64,000 nucleotides of DNA from a virus: IMG/VR virus record IMGVR_UViG_3300025162_000052, positions 3,309-67,308 of that record, one strand, 5' to 3'. The position numbers and the translations under genes are program-made. Each line of letters begins with the position of its first letter. Within the stretch, counting starts at the first letter, position 1. Positions 28,504-37,184 of this stretch are shown here, one piece after another. A model generated the notes under the pieces. It was not told the origin of the DNA. It made no database searches and worked only from the letters and a program-made list of their open reading frames with translations.

Positions 28504-29067
28504 ATGTTAATAAAAGATATAACACAATGGGATCATAATTATGTAATTAGAAGTTTACCATCTATTACAGGAATTAGACAATATTTTGTTGCTGATGACT
28601 ATAATATAGCTTTGACTATATCATTAGATGCTATTTATTTACAAAATAATGCACCTCCTAGTACTTTAAAAAAGATAAATACAGTTACCGCAGAATTAAG
28701 AACATATAGTGGAACATTAGTATCTCAAGTTAGTGTAAGTCAAACTCCAACAATTGATGGTAAAATTACTACTAGTACTGATTTAGAAGCATTCGGTGCT
28801 AATAATATAGAAGTTAATTTTAATTATACAGGATTAGTACAAGGAGATGTTTATTATGTAACTATGTTATTAACTAGTGTTGATTCCCCTGTAAATGTGA
28901 TACATACAGGAAGTACATCTACTACTATAAATAATGCTATAATGTATTATGATTCTAGTTGGCATTATTATACTTATTTAGGAAATTACATGATAATAGC
29001 TGGATCAATTGTAGTAGGTAAAAATGAATTTACTAAAGTATTAAGACCTATTATACAAATACAATAA
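28504..29067 (+). CDS. hypothetical beta-rich structural protein
   Basis: ORF within the fibre locus. Confidence 0.65.
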   Translation: MLIKDITQWDHNYVIRSLPSITGIRQYFVADDYNIALTISLDAIYLQNNAPPSTLKKINTVTAELRTYSGTLVSQVSVSQTPTIDGKITTSTDLEAFGANNIEVNFNYTGLVQGDVYYVTMLLTSVDSPVNVIHTGSTSTTINNAIMYYDSSWHYYTYLGNYMIIAGSIVVGKNEFTKVLRPIIQIQ

Positions 29068-29085
29068 TTTAAATAATATCTAAAC

Positions 29086-30033
29086 ATGGATGAATTTTCA
29101 AGAATAAGTGATAATACAGCTAGAACTGCTGATGAACTTAAAAAGATAAATACAGATGGATTAATTATAACTGGAGTTACTATTACTGGTGGTAGTATGA
29201 CTACTACTGAAGTTAATAGTGCTGATATAGAAAATGAGATAATCTCATTAAATGGTAAAATAGATAGTGTGATTAATGCAAGTGATAATAGTTTAAGTAC
29301 ACAATTATATATATTAAAAGATGGTACTAAAACGCCAGTACAATTAGATACTATTGCTCCTTATGCAAATGTTCCTATACCTGTTGTATTAACTGATATT
29401 ACAGGACAAGCTGTAGTAAATGTCAATATAACAGATTCTACATTAAATGTAGATAGTATTATAAAAGATAAAGATTTAAATGCCTTTAGTTCTACTTCTA
29501 ATATAGCAGGACAACGTGGATTAGATGTTGAAGTTAAAAATGCTAGTGGTATTAATGCTGTTAATATACAAGATGGTGGTAATACTATTACAGTTGATGG
29601 TAGTGTTAGTGTATCTAATATGATTAATGTATCAAATTTAGCTACATCTGCTAAACAACTTGCAGATAATCATAATGTAAAAGTTAATAGTAGTACAGAA
29701 GCTATTACATCAACATCTGGAGCAATAGATGTTAATTTAAAGTCTTCATCTGGAAATATTCCTACAACTATTACTCATATTTCAAACACAAGTATTAGTA
29801 ATGTTACTGCTACACAAATAAGTAATGCGTCTAATTCTTGTAAAAAAGTTATAGTAACAGCTTTAGAAACAAATACAAGTTGGATTAGAATAGGTGGTAG
29901 TACATTAACAACGACTAGCGGAATTCTATTATATCCTACAGATAGTATAGAATTAACTATATCTAATACTAATCTACTTTATGCTCTAGCTGGAGTTAAT
30001 GGAGAAGATATAACAGTAACATATTTCAATTAG
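29086..30033 (+). CDS. fibre/spike-like structural protein
   Basis: V.IQDGGNTITVDGSV and ATSAKQ motifs; C-terminal jelly-roll-like N...I.IG....T...G..L.P. Confidence 0.65.
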   Translation: MDEFSRISDNTARTADELKKINTDGLIITGVTITGGSMTTTEVNSADIENEIISLNGKIDSVINASDNSLSTQLYILKDGTKTPVQLDTIAPYANVPIPVVLTDITGQAVVNVNITDSTLNVDSIIKDKDLNAFSSTSNIAGQRGLDVEVKNASGINAVNIQDGGNTITVDGSVSVSNMINVSNLATSAKQLADNHNVKVNSSTEAITSTSGAIDVNLKSSSGNIPTTITHISNTSISNVTATQISNASNSCKKVIVTALETNTSWIRIGGSTLTTTSGILLYPTDSIELTISNTNLLYALAGVNGEDITVTYFN

Positions 30034-30042
30034 GAGGTAACT

Positions 30043-31269
30043 ATGAGTAGATTTTTTCCGAGTGGTAATTCACTTATTCCTAAAGTAAGTACTTGGAAAG
30101 TTAGAATTCCAAGTATTTTAAGTAAATGGTTAATGACAGATAGTAATGGTGATCCTATTGCTGCTACATTAACAAGTGGTACTGTATTAATTGGTAATGT
30201 GTCTAATGCCCCAACTGAAATTTTAACACAGGTATCTAATTATACAATTGGAGATTTTACAAGCACATATCTACCATTTGCGACTGAAAGTAATTGGCAA
30301 GGTAAAATATATGTTGGAACTGTAATAGCCGGTACAAGTGGAGACATACATTTTGGCACATTTCAAAATGGTACAACTGGATTTGTTGTATATACCGGAA
30401 GTTCTTGGATAAGATATTTTGCATTTGAATTTATAGATTCTGGCGGAACACTTGGTGGACTTATTAGATCCGCGTTGGTTACAACTGCAAATTGGTCAAG
30501 TAGTGGCGATTATACGATTACTAATGCTGGGTATGGTGATGTAGGAATGTCTTTCGAAGAAGGTGACTATTATTATTTATGTACATCAAATACAGCTTCA
30601 AATGTTCATAAATGGATAAGATTAAGAAAATCAATTGGCGCAGAAGTAATTATATCTGATGTAACATATATACCTTATTATACAAGTCAAATAGTTACTA
30701 ATGGTTCAACTTTTACTATACCTGCTAAATTTAAAATAAAAAGCATTATTAGTGAAACTCAAAATACTACTGGAGGAAATATACAAGCTGGTAGTACTGC
30801 AACCGCTGAAGTATCTCAATTATTTATAACAGGAGGTAGTGATTCTGACGGTGGAACGTTAAACATTGTTTTAAATGGTGTAACTTTTCCGATATATGTT
30901 GCAGGAAGCCAATCAACAACAAGTGTTGCAAGTACTATAAGAATTAGTGGTTTCACTGGGTATGTGACAGGTGGCTCAGGAACAACAATAACATTTACTT
31001 CAATTTATTTTAGAAGTGAAACTGATGCTACATTTGCAGATGTTAATAGTGGAGTAACAGCTACTATGACAACAACAATTCAGGGCGTTGATGCTGGAAG
31101 TGATATAATTGCTGCTTATAATGTTGGTACTGTTGCTAATGTATATCATGATTTAACATATATACAATTAGACTCAATGATAAGTACAGCAGCAAAAACA
31201 GTATATTTTTATGTGAGCACCACAACAAGTATAAAATTACATATTATTCTACAAAAGATAATATCTTAA
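30043..31269 (+). CDS. fibre/receptor-binding-like protein (mosaic)
   Basis: T/G/S-rich; YYYLCT.N...W.R motif; inserted beta domain; preceded by AGGAGGT. Confidence 0.65.
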   Translation: MSRFFPSGNSLIPKVSTWKVRIPSILSKWLMTDSNGDPIAATLTSGTVLIGNVSNAPTEILTQVSNYTIGDFTSTYLPFATESNWQGKIYVGTVIAGTSGDIHFGTFQNGTTGFVVYTGSSWIRYFAFEFIDSGGTLGGLIRSALVTTANWSSSGDYTITNAGYGDVGMSFEEGDYYYLCTSNTASNVHKWIRLRKSIGAEVIISDVTYIPYYTSQIVTNGSTFTIPAKFKIKSIISETQNTTGGNIQAGSTATAEVSQLFITGGSDSDGGTLNIVLNGVTFPIYVAGSQSTTSVASTIRISGFTGYVTGGSGTTITFTSIYFRSETDATFADVNSGVTATMTTTIQGVDAGSDIIAAYNVGTVANVYHDLTYIQLDSMISTAAKTVYFYVSTTTSIKLHIILQKIIS

Positions 31270-31273
31270 AAAT

Positions 31274-31918
31274 ATGTTAAAATCAATTAAGCAAGCAACT
31301 GGAGAACAATTTATAGATGGTTCAGGTAAACAGATATTATCAAGACCTGTTGCAGAACTTGTATATAAGAATGGTCTTATATATGACTACGACACTGATA
31401 ATATACAGAATGTTGGCGGTTATTGTAAAACTATGTACAACTATACAACTGGTGGATTGGGAGATTTAGTTCAAAATACGGTTGCATCTCAACCTTTAAT
31501 TGTTCCTAATTTTATTGGTAGTAAAAAAGCGTTATTAGGAGGTAGTTTTTCAACAACTATTAATCTTAGTGCTTATACAGTTTTTATGGTAATTAACACT
31601 GGAAGTAATGCTTTTGCAGGACTCACTATAAATGGAGCTAATGTATTTGGAACTCCTTACGGCAATTATTCTGGAGGAAGTTCTGCAACATATTATAGAA
31701 ATAATCTTTATGTTGCAAGTGGAAATTTATCAGCTTCTCAAAATGTTGTCTTATGTGTATATTGCACATGGTCTAAAAATTTTAATGTTACTTATAATGG
31801 CGGAACGTCTATGTATTTAATGGCTATTAAGATTTATAATAGATATGTCAACGCTTATGAACGTAGGGATATAAATACAGCTCTTGGTAGTGCTTTTTCA
31901 ATTGCGATGGAGGCTTAA
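31274..31918 (+). CDS. LamG/ConA-like domain protein, paralog A
   Basis: GLIYD, Q.TV..QP, YTVFMV and AIKIYNR..ER motifs. Confidence 0.65.
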   Translation: MLKSIKQATGEQFIDGSGKQILSRPVAELVYKNGLIYDYDTDNIQNVGGYCKTMYNYTTGGLGDLVQNTVASQPLIVPNFIGSKKALLGGSFSTTINLSAYTVFMVINTGSNAFAGLTINGANVFGTPYGNYSGGSSATYYRNNLYVASGNLSASQNVVLCVYCTWSKNFNVTYNGGTSMYLMAIKIYNRYVNAYERRDINTALGSAFSIAMEA

Positions 31919-31921
31919 TAT

Positions 31922-32572
31922 ATGACAAAGATATTAAAAACAAGTACACCAGCAATAATTTTAAATAATAGTGGTGACAAGATATTTACAACACGAGATA
32001 TAAGTACTAATCCTATTACTTCAGGTCTTATTTACGATATGACTGCTGAAAGTATTGAGAATGTTAGTAGCCATTGTAGGACTATGTATAATCAAACAGG
32101 TGGCACTAATTGGGTGCAGACAACCGTTGGTAATCAACCTTTAGTGGTTAATAATTACTTGAATGGCAAAGTTGCATTACAAGGTGGTAGTTTTGAAACT
32201 ACAATGGTATTTGGTCTTTATACTATATTTATGGTTATTGGAACTTCAACAAGTGGTAATTGTTATCTAACTATAAATGGACTTACTAATTATATTGGGT
32301 ATCCAAAGGGGTTTGTATATGGTAGTGAAAATCAAGTTTATTACAGAAATAACAAAATTATTGCTGCTGGTACAGTTTTACCAAATTCAACTAATCTTAT
32401 CGTATGTGTAAACTTACCCTATGCAGTTAGCAATAATTGGACTTTTTCAAATTTAGCAAACACACATAAAATGATGGCTGTAAAGATATATAATAGAACT
32501 CTTACACCTTTTGAACGCTCTCAAGTTAATTATGGACTTGGAAGTATTTATAATATTTCAATGGAAGCTTAA
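31922..32572 (+). CDS. LamG/ConA-like domain protein, paralog B
   Basis: Same motif order as 31274..31918; both proteins end in MEA. Confidence 0.65.
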   Translation: MTKILKTSTPAIILNNSGDKIFTTRDISTNPITSGLIYDMTAESIENVSSHCRTMYNQTGGTNWVQTTVGNQPLVVNNYLNGKVALQGGSFETTMVFGLYTIFMVIGTSTSGNCYLTINGLTNYIGYPKGFVYGSENQVYYRNNKIIAAGTVLPNSTNLIVCVNLPYAVSNNWTFSNLANTHKMMAVKIYNRTLTPFERSQVNYGLGSIYNISMEA

Positions 32573-32584
32573 AAAATAAACATT

Positions 32585-33061
32585 ATGTATAAACAATATA
32601 ATAATTTTGAACAATATTATAATGATCTTGCATATTTAGATCAAAAGTGTATTGAAAAAAATATAGGTGATAAATACCAAGATATAATTAAACATCCAAT
32701 ACAAGATGTTTGGTATATTAGTTTTTGTAGGATAAATGAATTTGAAGATGACTATATTAATCAAGAATGGTTAAGTACTGATATAATATCAGACTTACCA
32801 AGTGATTTTTATTGGTTTGATTCCAATCGTAATTATAGACTTGTTTGTGCGACTTCACTTGTTTTAAGTGAAATTGTAAAAAAGTCTGAAATAGGTAATT
32901 TATTATATACATTAATAGATGATTTCAAAGCCCAAATACAAACAATAGGTGAAAATACTTATATATATTTAGCGACTTTGGATGATTACAAAGGAATAAG
33001 TATTGATTATTTATTAAGTACTTATCCAGATATATTTTTAAGAACTGAACAAAAACAATAG
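32585..33061 (+). CDS. hypothetical protein (fibre chaperone-like)
   Basis: IIKHP...W motif; follows the receptor-binding-like genes. Confidence 0.55.
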   Translation: MYKQYNNFEQYYNDLAYLDQKCIEKNIGDKYQDIIKHPIQDVWYISFCRINEFEDDYINQEWLSTDIISDLPSDFYWFDSNRNYRLVCATSLVLSEIVKKSEIGNLLYTLIDDFKAQIQTIGENTYIYLATLDDYKGISIDYLLSTYPDIFLRTEQKQ

Positions 33062-33064
33062 ACT

Positions 33065-33415
33065 ATGGTATTATCACAAGAAATTTTCAACAAAATAAAT
33101 CCTATTTATAGTAGTAATACAACTATATTATTAACAGATAGCAATGAAAGTGAAGGAGTAGGGAGTTATATAGATATTACTACATCTAAATCTGGTATAG
33201 GAATTTTAATATTTGGCAATGGAGTAGGATATGCTATATTTATGTTTTCTACTGATGGTATAGTAACATTTATTATTAACAGTGCCAATGTTTTTTCTAC
33301 TATACAAACAAATACTAATCATGTAATAATAAAGGATAATGGGTCAAATGTTAGAATTACGAATGAATTAGGGTCAACTATTGCATTTACATTAATAATT
33401 AATTATACTAATTGA
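33065..33415 (+). CDS. hypothetical beta-rich structural protein
   Basis: C-terminal I.D.G..VRI.NELGS motif. Confidence 0.6.
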   Translation: MVLSQEIFNKINPIYSSNTTILLTDSNESEGVGSYIDITTSKSGIGILIFGNGVGYAIFMFSTDGIVTFIINSANVFSTIQTNTNHVIIKDNGSNVRITNELGSTIAFTLIINYTN

Positions 33416-33416
33416 T

Positions 33417-33971
33417 ATGATAGGACAACGATTTTCACAAGCTTATACAGATGTGCACGTAGAAGTAACAAGTGCAACAAGTGGAGGGACTGCGTGGGTA
33501 TATGAAACTATAAGTGGTACACCATTTTTATGTGGAAAATTACTTAATAATAGTACTGATATGTTTCAATTTAAAGCTGAAATGCCACATACTAGAAACA
33601 TAGGAAGTGTATTAGCTGATATACATTATCATTATATTATAGATGCTAATGCAACAGGAGCAGATCAAACTGTTATTTGGGATATAAGTTATTGTTGGTT
33701 AAAAGCAGGAGATGTAATGCCTGCAACTGCAAGTTGGACAGTTATACCAACAATAACACAAGTATTAACTGGTACACCAGTTGCAAGAACTTATGGGTTA
33801 TACCAATTTTCAGTTAATTTACCATGTCCTGTTGGAGAAACTTATGGGTCAATGTTATTTGTTCAAGCAATTCGTGGGAATGGAACATATACTGGAAAAA
33901 TAGCAATTATTGATGCTGGTGCACATTGTGCAATGGATAGAAATGGAAGTATTAATGTAACAACAGATTAA
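33417..33971 (+). CDS. beta-sandwich structural protein (head-fibre/spike-like)
   Basis: F..EMPH, H.H, V.W...Y.W and H...DR.GS pattern. Confidence 0.55.
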   Translation: MIGQRFSQAYTDVHVEVTSATSGGTAWVYETISGTPFLCGKLLNNSTDMFQFKAEMPHTRNIGSVLADIHYHYIIDANATGADQTVIWDISYCWLKAGDVMPATASWTVIPTITQVLTGTPVARTYGLYQFSVNLPCPVGETYGSMLFVQAIRGNGTYTGKIAIIDAGAHCAMDRNGSINVTTD

Positions 33972-33978
33972 CTAATTT

Positions 33979-34890
33979 ATGTACAGTACTTCTGATATAA
34001 TATTTCACATAATTACAATGATTAGTTTTATAGTTATAATAATAATGTTCCTGTATCTTACAGTTAAACTGAGTAAAGTTGAATATATAATTAAGAATAG
34101 ACTATTAAATAATACATACAAAGATTTATTAGAAGTAATGTACAAAAGGATGAGAGATATAGGTACAGGAACATTAGCTGAGTCTATATTAATAGATTAT
34201 ATTAAATATAAAGTCAATAATATATATAATGGGTATAAACAAATTAAATTAAATGGATTTAAATTACTTAAAGACCCGCAATTTGTTAGAACATTCCTTA
34301 GTGATGGTAGAATGTTATTAGAACAAAAATATGACAAATTTCCAGAAGAGTTTTTAAATAAAATTAATAGTATTAATCAAACTAACTTTAATGAATTTGT
34401 TAATGTACTAGAAGGAGAGGTACTAGATGATAAAATTACTAGGAAATTTGAATTTTTAGAGTTATTGAAAACACATACTATAGGGGTTACAGATAAAAAT
34501 ATATATTCTATTGTTAAGTTATTTAATGATACAAAACATTTAATAGAAGATGATAATTTTTTAGTAATGTACCCTGAGTTTAAAAATAAAGTGGTTTTAA
34601 AAGAAAATATAAAGACAGAATATATTAGATATAAAGATATAGCTCAATTAGATATATCTCAAATTAAAGGAATGATTGGTACAGGAAAAAGTGAATTAAT
34701 AGAAGAAGCTATACATTTACTAAATATGTTTGTTAAATTAAAAAATAATAATCAGTTGAGTAATGTATTATATGTACTATCGTCAAGGTTTAATGAATGG
34801 TATAGGAAATCTTTAACTGGTGTTAATAATGATGAAGAAATTATTAATATTAAAACATCTATATTAGAAATAATCGACAAATTAAAATGA
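33979..34890 (+). CDS. membrane-anchored protein with C-terminal EAD11-like domain
   Basis: N-terminal TM helix; C-terminal IKGMI..G....EAI..L...L..LSSRFN...R..L.G......I.IK.SILEIIDKL. Confidence 0.65.
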   Translation: MYSTSDIIFHIITMISFIVIIIMFLYLTVKLSKVEYIIKNRLLNNTYKDLLEVMYKRMRDIGTGTLAESILIDYIKYKVNNIYNGYKQIKLNGFKLLKDPQFVRTFLSDGRMLLEQKYDKFPEEFLNKINSINQTNFNEFVNVLEGEVLDDKITRKFEFLELLKTHTIGVTDKNIYSIVKLFNDTKHLIEDDNFLVMYPEFKNKVVLKENIKTEYIRYKDIAQLDISQIKGMIGTGKSELIEEAIHLLNMFVKLKNNNQLSNVLYVLSSRFNEWYRKSLTGVNNDEEIINIKTSILEIIDKLK

Positions 34891-35267
34891 GTACAATGAT
34901 AATTATACAATTTGTAATAAAGTTTTGGGGAACAATTGTAAAAATACTTCTCTGGATAAAAAGTAAATTTATTAAAAATAAAACTATGGATGAGATAGTA
35001 AAATTTGTTAATACTGTAGATAATGATAATAAAGTATTAAACAAACAAAATATAAAAAATCTTATAACTTATGGAGAAATTGGCACAATGGATGCCATTA
35101 ACGAATTATTAAGTTTAGTAAAAGATGAACAAATATTGAATATTTTATATACAATGAAAGGGGAATTAAATACATTAACATTACGAAAGTTGTCTGGAGC
35201 TACACAAGCAGTAGAACAAATTAATGATTTACGTTTAAGACTATCATCACTAATTGATAAATTATAA
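34887..35267 (+). CDS. membrane-associated protein with EAD11-like domain
   Basis: Hydrophobic/amphipathic N-terminus; IKNLI..G....AI..L...L..M.G.LN.L....L.G......IN.LR..L.SLIDKL. Confidence 0.6.
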   Translation: MSTMIIIQFVIKFWGTIVKILLWIKSKFIKNKTMDEIVKFVNTVDNDNKVLNKQNIKNLITYGEIGTMDAINELLSLVKDEQILNILYTMKGELNTLTLRKLSGATQAVEQINDLRLRLSSLIDKL

Positions 35268-35959
35268 TGCGAACAATATCATCTTATTTAGATGAGTTAA
35301 GAGTCGAAATTGGTAGATTAGATAAGGTTGACTTAAAGTTTTTAGACAATAGAATGTTATATCAACTGATAAATAATCAAAGGAATATATTCTTAAAGAA
35401 TGAATATAATAAAGGAAGATCTGTTGAAGATAATACTAAACAGATAATTAATGGAATAGAGTTGGAAGTAGTAAGTACTTCCACATTCTTTCCAGTTAAA
35501 GCGGATACTAGAATATTAAAAAGTAAACAACTTATTCCTTTACCAATAGAACTTACACACTCATTAATGATTACTAATATACGTAATAGTAGTATGATTA
35601 GTATACCATATAATTACGTACATCGAGATAGGTTTATTTATGCAGGTAATGGAAAATTTAATACCAAAGATATATATGTTACCTTATATGATAAACACTT
35701 ATATATTAAACTTAGAAAGGATAATCCTAAAATAGCAATGTTAACTCATATTTCTATAGAAGAAGTTGCTGAAAATCCTGTTGAAGTTTATATGATGGGT
35801 AATACAGGAACACGAATGGATTATGATCCTTTTGATGAAGTTTATCCTATAGGCGAAGCTATGTGGACATATATAAAGGGATATATATTACAAGTAGATA
35901 GTCTTTCAATGACTAATATAAAATCAGCAGGTACAACTGCAAATTCAGACTTACAATAA
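35267..35959 (+). CDS. tail ring protein
   Basis: L.S...IP.P, Y.GNGK, LY.K, AENP and D..YPI motifs of crAss ring proteins. Confidence 0.75.
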   Translation: MRTISSYLDELRVEIGRLDKVDLKFLDNRMLYQLINNQRNIFLKNEYNKGRSVEDNTKQIINGIELEVVSTSTFFPVKADTRILKSKQLIPLPIELTHSLMITNIRNSSMISIPYNYVHRDRFIYAGNGKFNTKDIYVTLYDKHLYIKLRKDNPKIAMLTHISIEEVAENPVEVYMMGNTGTRMDYDPFDEVYPIGEAMWTYIKGYILQVDSLSMTNIKSAGTTANSDLQ

Positions 35960-36462
35960 TGAGTAACGTACCAGCTAAAACAAATCTTATAGAATGTTAT
36001 AATAAGTATAATACTATGAGTAGTAACCCTATAGATAAACAATTATATTTTAAAATAGTAAAAGACTTTAATGAACGAATCATTAATAAGATAGTAGAAG
36101 GTGGGTATGAGTTTATAATGCCATACAATTTAGGTAGTGTATTCATAAAGAAAAGAAAGATAGAATTTAAATTTGATGAGAATGGTAATTTTTTAAGTAA
36201 GTTCACTAAAGCAGGAGTTAATTGGAAAGCTACTAAAGATTTATGGATACTAGATAACAATGCTAAAGAAAATAAAACTTTAGTATGGAATGATAATAGT
36301 CATACTGATGGGTTCAAATATAGATTTTTTTGGGATAGAGGAAAAACAGGTAACGGAATTAAAAATATTCTAAGTTATAAATTTATGGCTAATCGTGTAC
36401 ATGGTAAACGCAACTTAGCTAAAGTATTAAAACAAGGTACTAACATTAGTTATTATTTATGA
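35959..36462 (+). CDS. IHF/HU-like protein (crAss gene53-like)
   Basis: MP.NLG...IKK, VNWKAT..LW, N.HTDG.KYRF.W and F..NR..KR.LAK motifs. Confidence 0.8.
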   Translation: MSNVPAKTNLIECYNKYNTMSSNPIDKQLYFKIVKDFNERIINKIVEGGYEFIMPYNLGSVFIKKRKIEFKFDENGNFLSKFTKAGVNWKATKDLWILDNNAKENKTLVWNDNSHTDGFKYRFFWDRGKTGNGIKNILSYKFMANRVHGKRNLAKVLKQGTNISYYL

Positions 36463-37184
36463 TAGGCAATTATGTTTCTTTATTCGATATTATAGAAAGA
36501 GTACAGAGGTTATTACCTACATTTGTACAGATAAATATTTCAGATGCTAAAGAATGGACTTATGAAGCAATAAGAACAATAGGTGGAAGATACACTAATA
36601 TTCCAGAAGTATTGGAATTAACTGTTGAAAATGGTAGATGTAAAGTACCATCGTATGTAGAAGCTGTTAGAGGGGTATCGTGTAATAATATTCCATTAAC
36701 TTATACTCCCATACTTAATCCTGCATTAATGTATCAATATACAATAGTACAAGGTTATATTTATTCAGATATTCAAAGTGGTACAATATTAGTATATATT
36801 TCAATATTTCCAATGGATAATGATGGTAATCCATTAATACCAGACTTAGGGTATTATGTAAAAGCAGTTACTCATTATATTGCAGAAAGATTAGCTTTTA
36901 AATTATATTTAGAAGATAAACTCACAGAACGTAAATATAATTTATTACAACAAGAATGGATATTCTATTGTGGTAGTGCTAAAGCTTCTAGTTTAATGCT
37001 TAGTGAAAGTGAAGAAGCGGACTTTACTAATCATACTATGAGAGTAATCCCTAAAATGCATAGAGGAATACAAGTAGTTAAAACTACTAGAAATATACCG
37101 AAGACTGATATGAGTAATTTAAATGATTTAATAGTAACACAACAACCAGTAGGATATGGACTCCCTTCAACAAACAACGATTAA
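36459..37184 (+). CDS. tail tubular / adaptor ring protein (P22 gp4-like)
   Basis: EW..EA...IG, P.D..G.PLIPD...Y..A...YI and W.FYC..A motifs; lies upstream of the muzzle. Confidence 0.8.
   Translation: MIGNYVSLFDIIERVQRLLPTFVQINISDAKEWTYEAIRTIGGRYTNIPEVLELTVENGRCKVPSYVEAVRGVSCNNIPLTYTPILNPALMYQYTIVQGYIYSDIQSGTILVYISIFPMDNDGNPLIPDLGYYVKAVTHYIAERLAFKLYLEDKLTERKYNLLQQEWIFYCGSAKASSLMLSESEEADFTNHTMRVIPKMHRGIQVVKTTRNIPKTDMSNLNDLIVTQQPVGYGLPSTNND

Noticed and set aside
31274-32572. Diversity-generating retroelement target/template pair
   Set aside because: Differences are not adenine-specific, both copies are full genes, and no reverse transcriptase is in the window.
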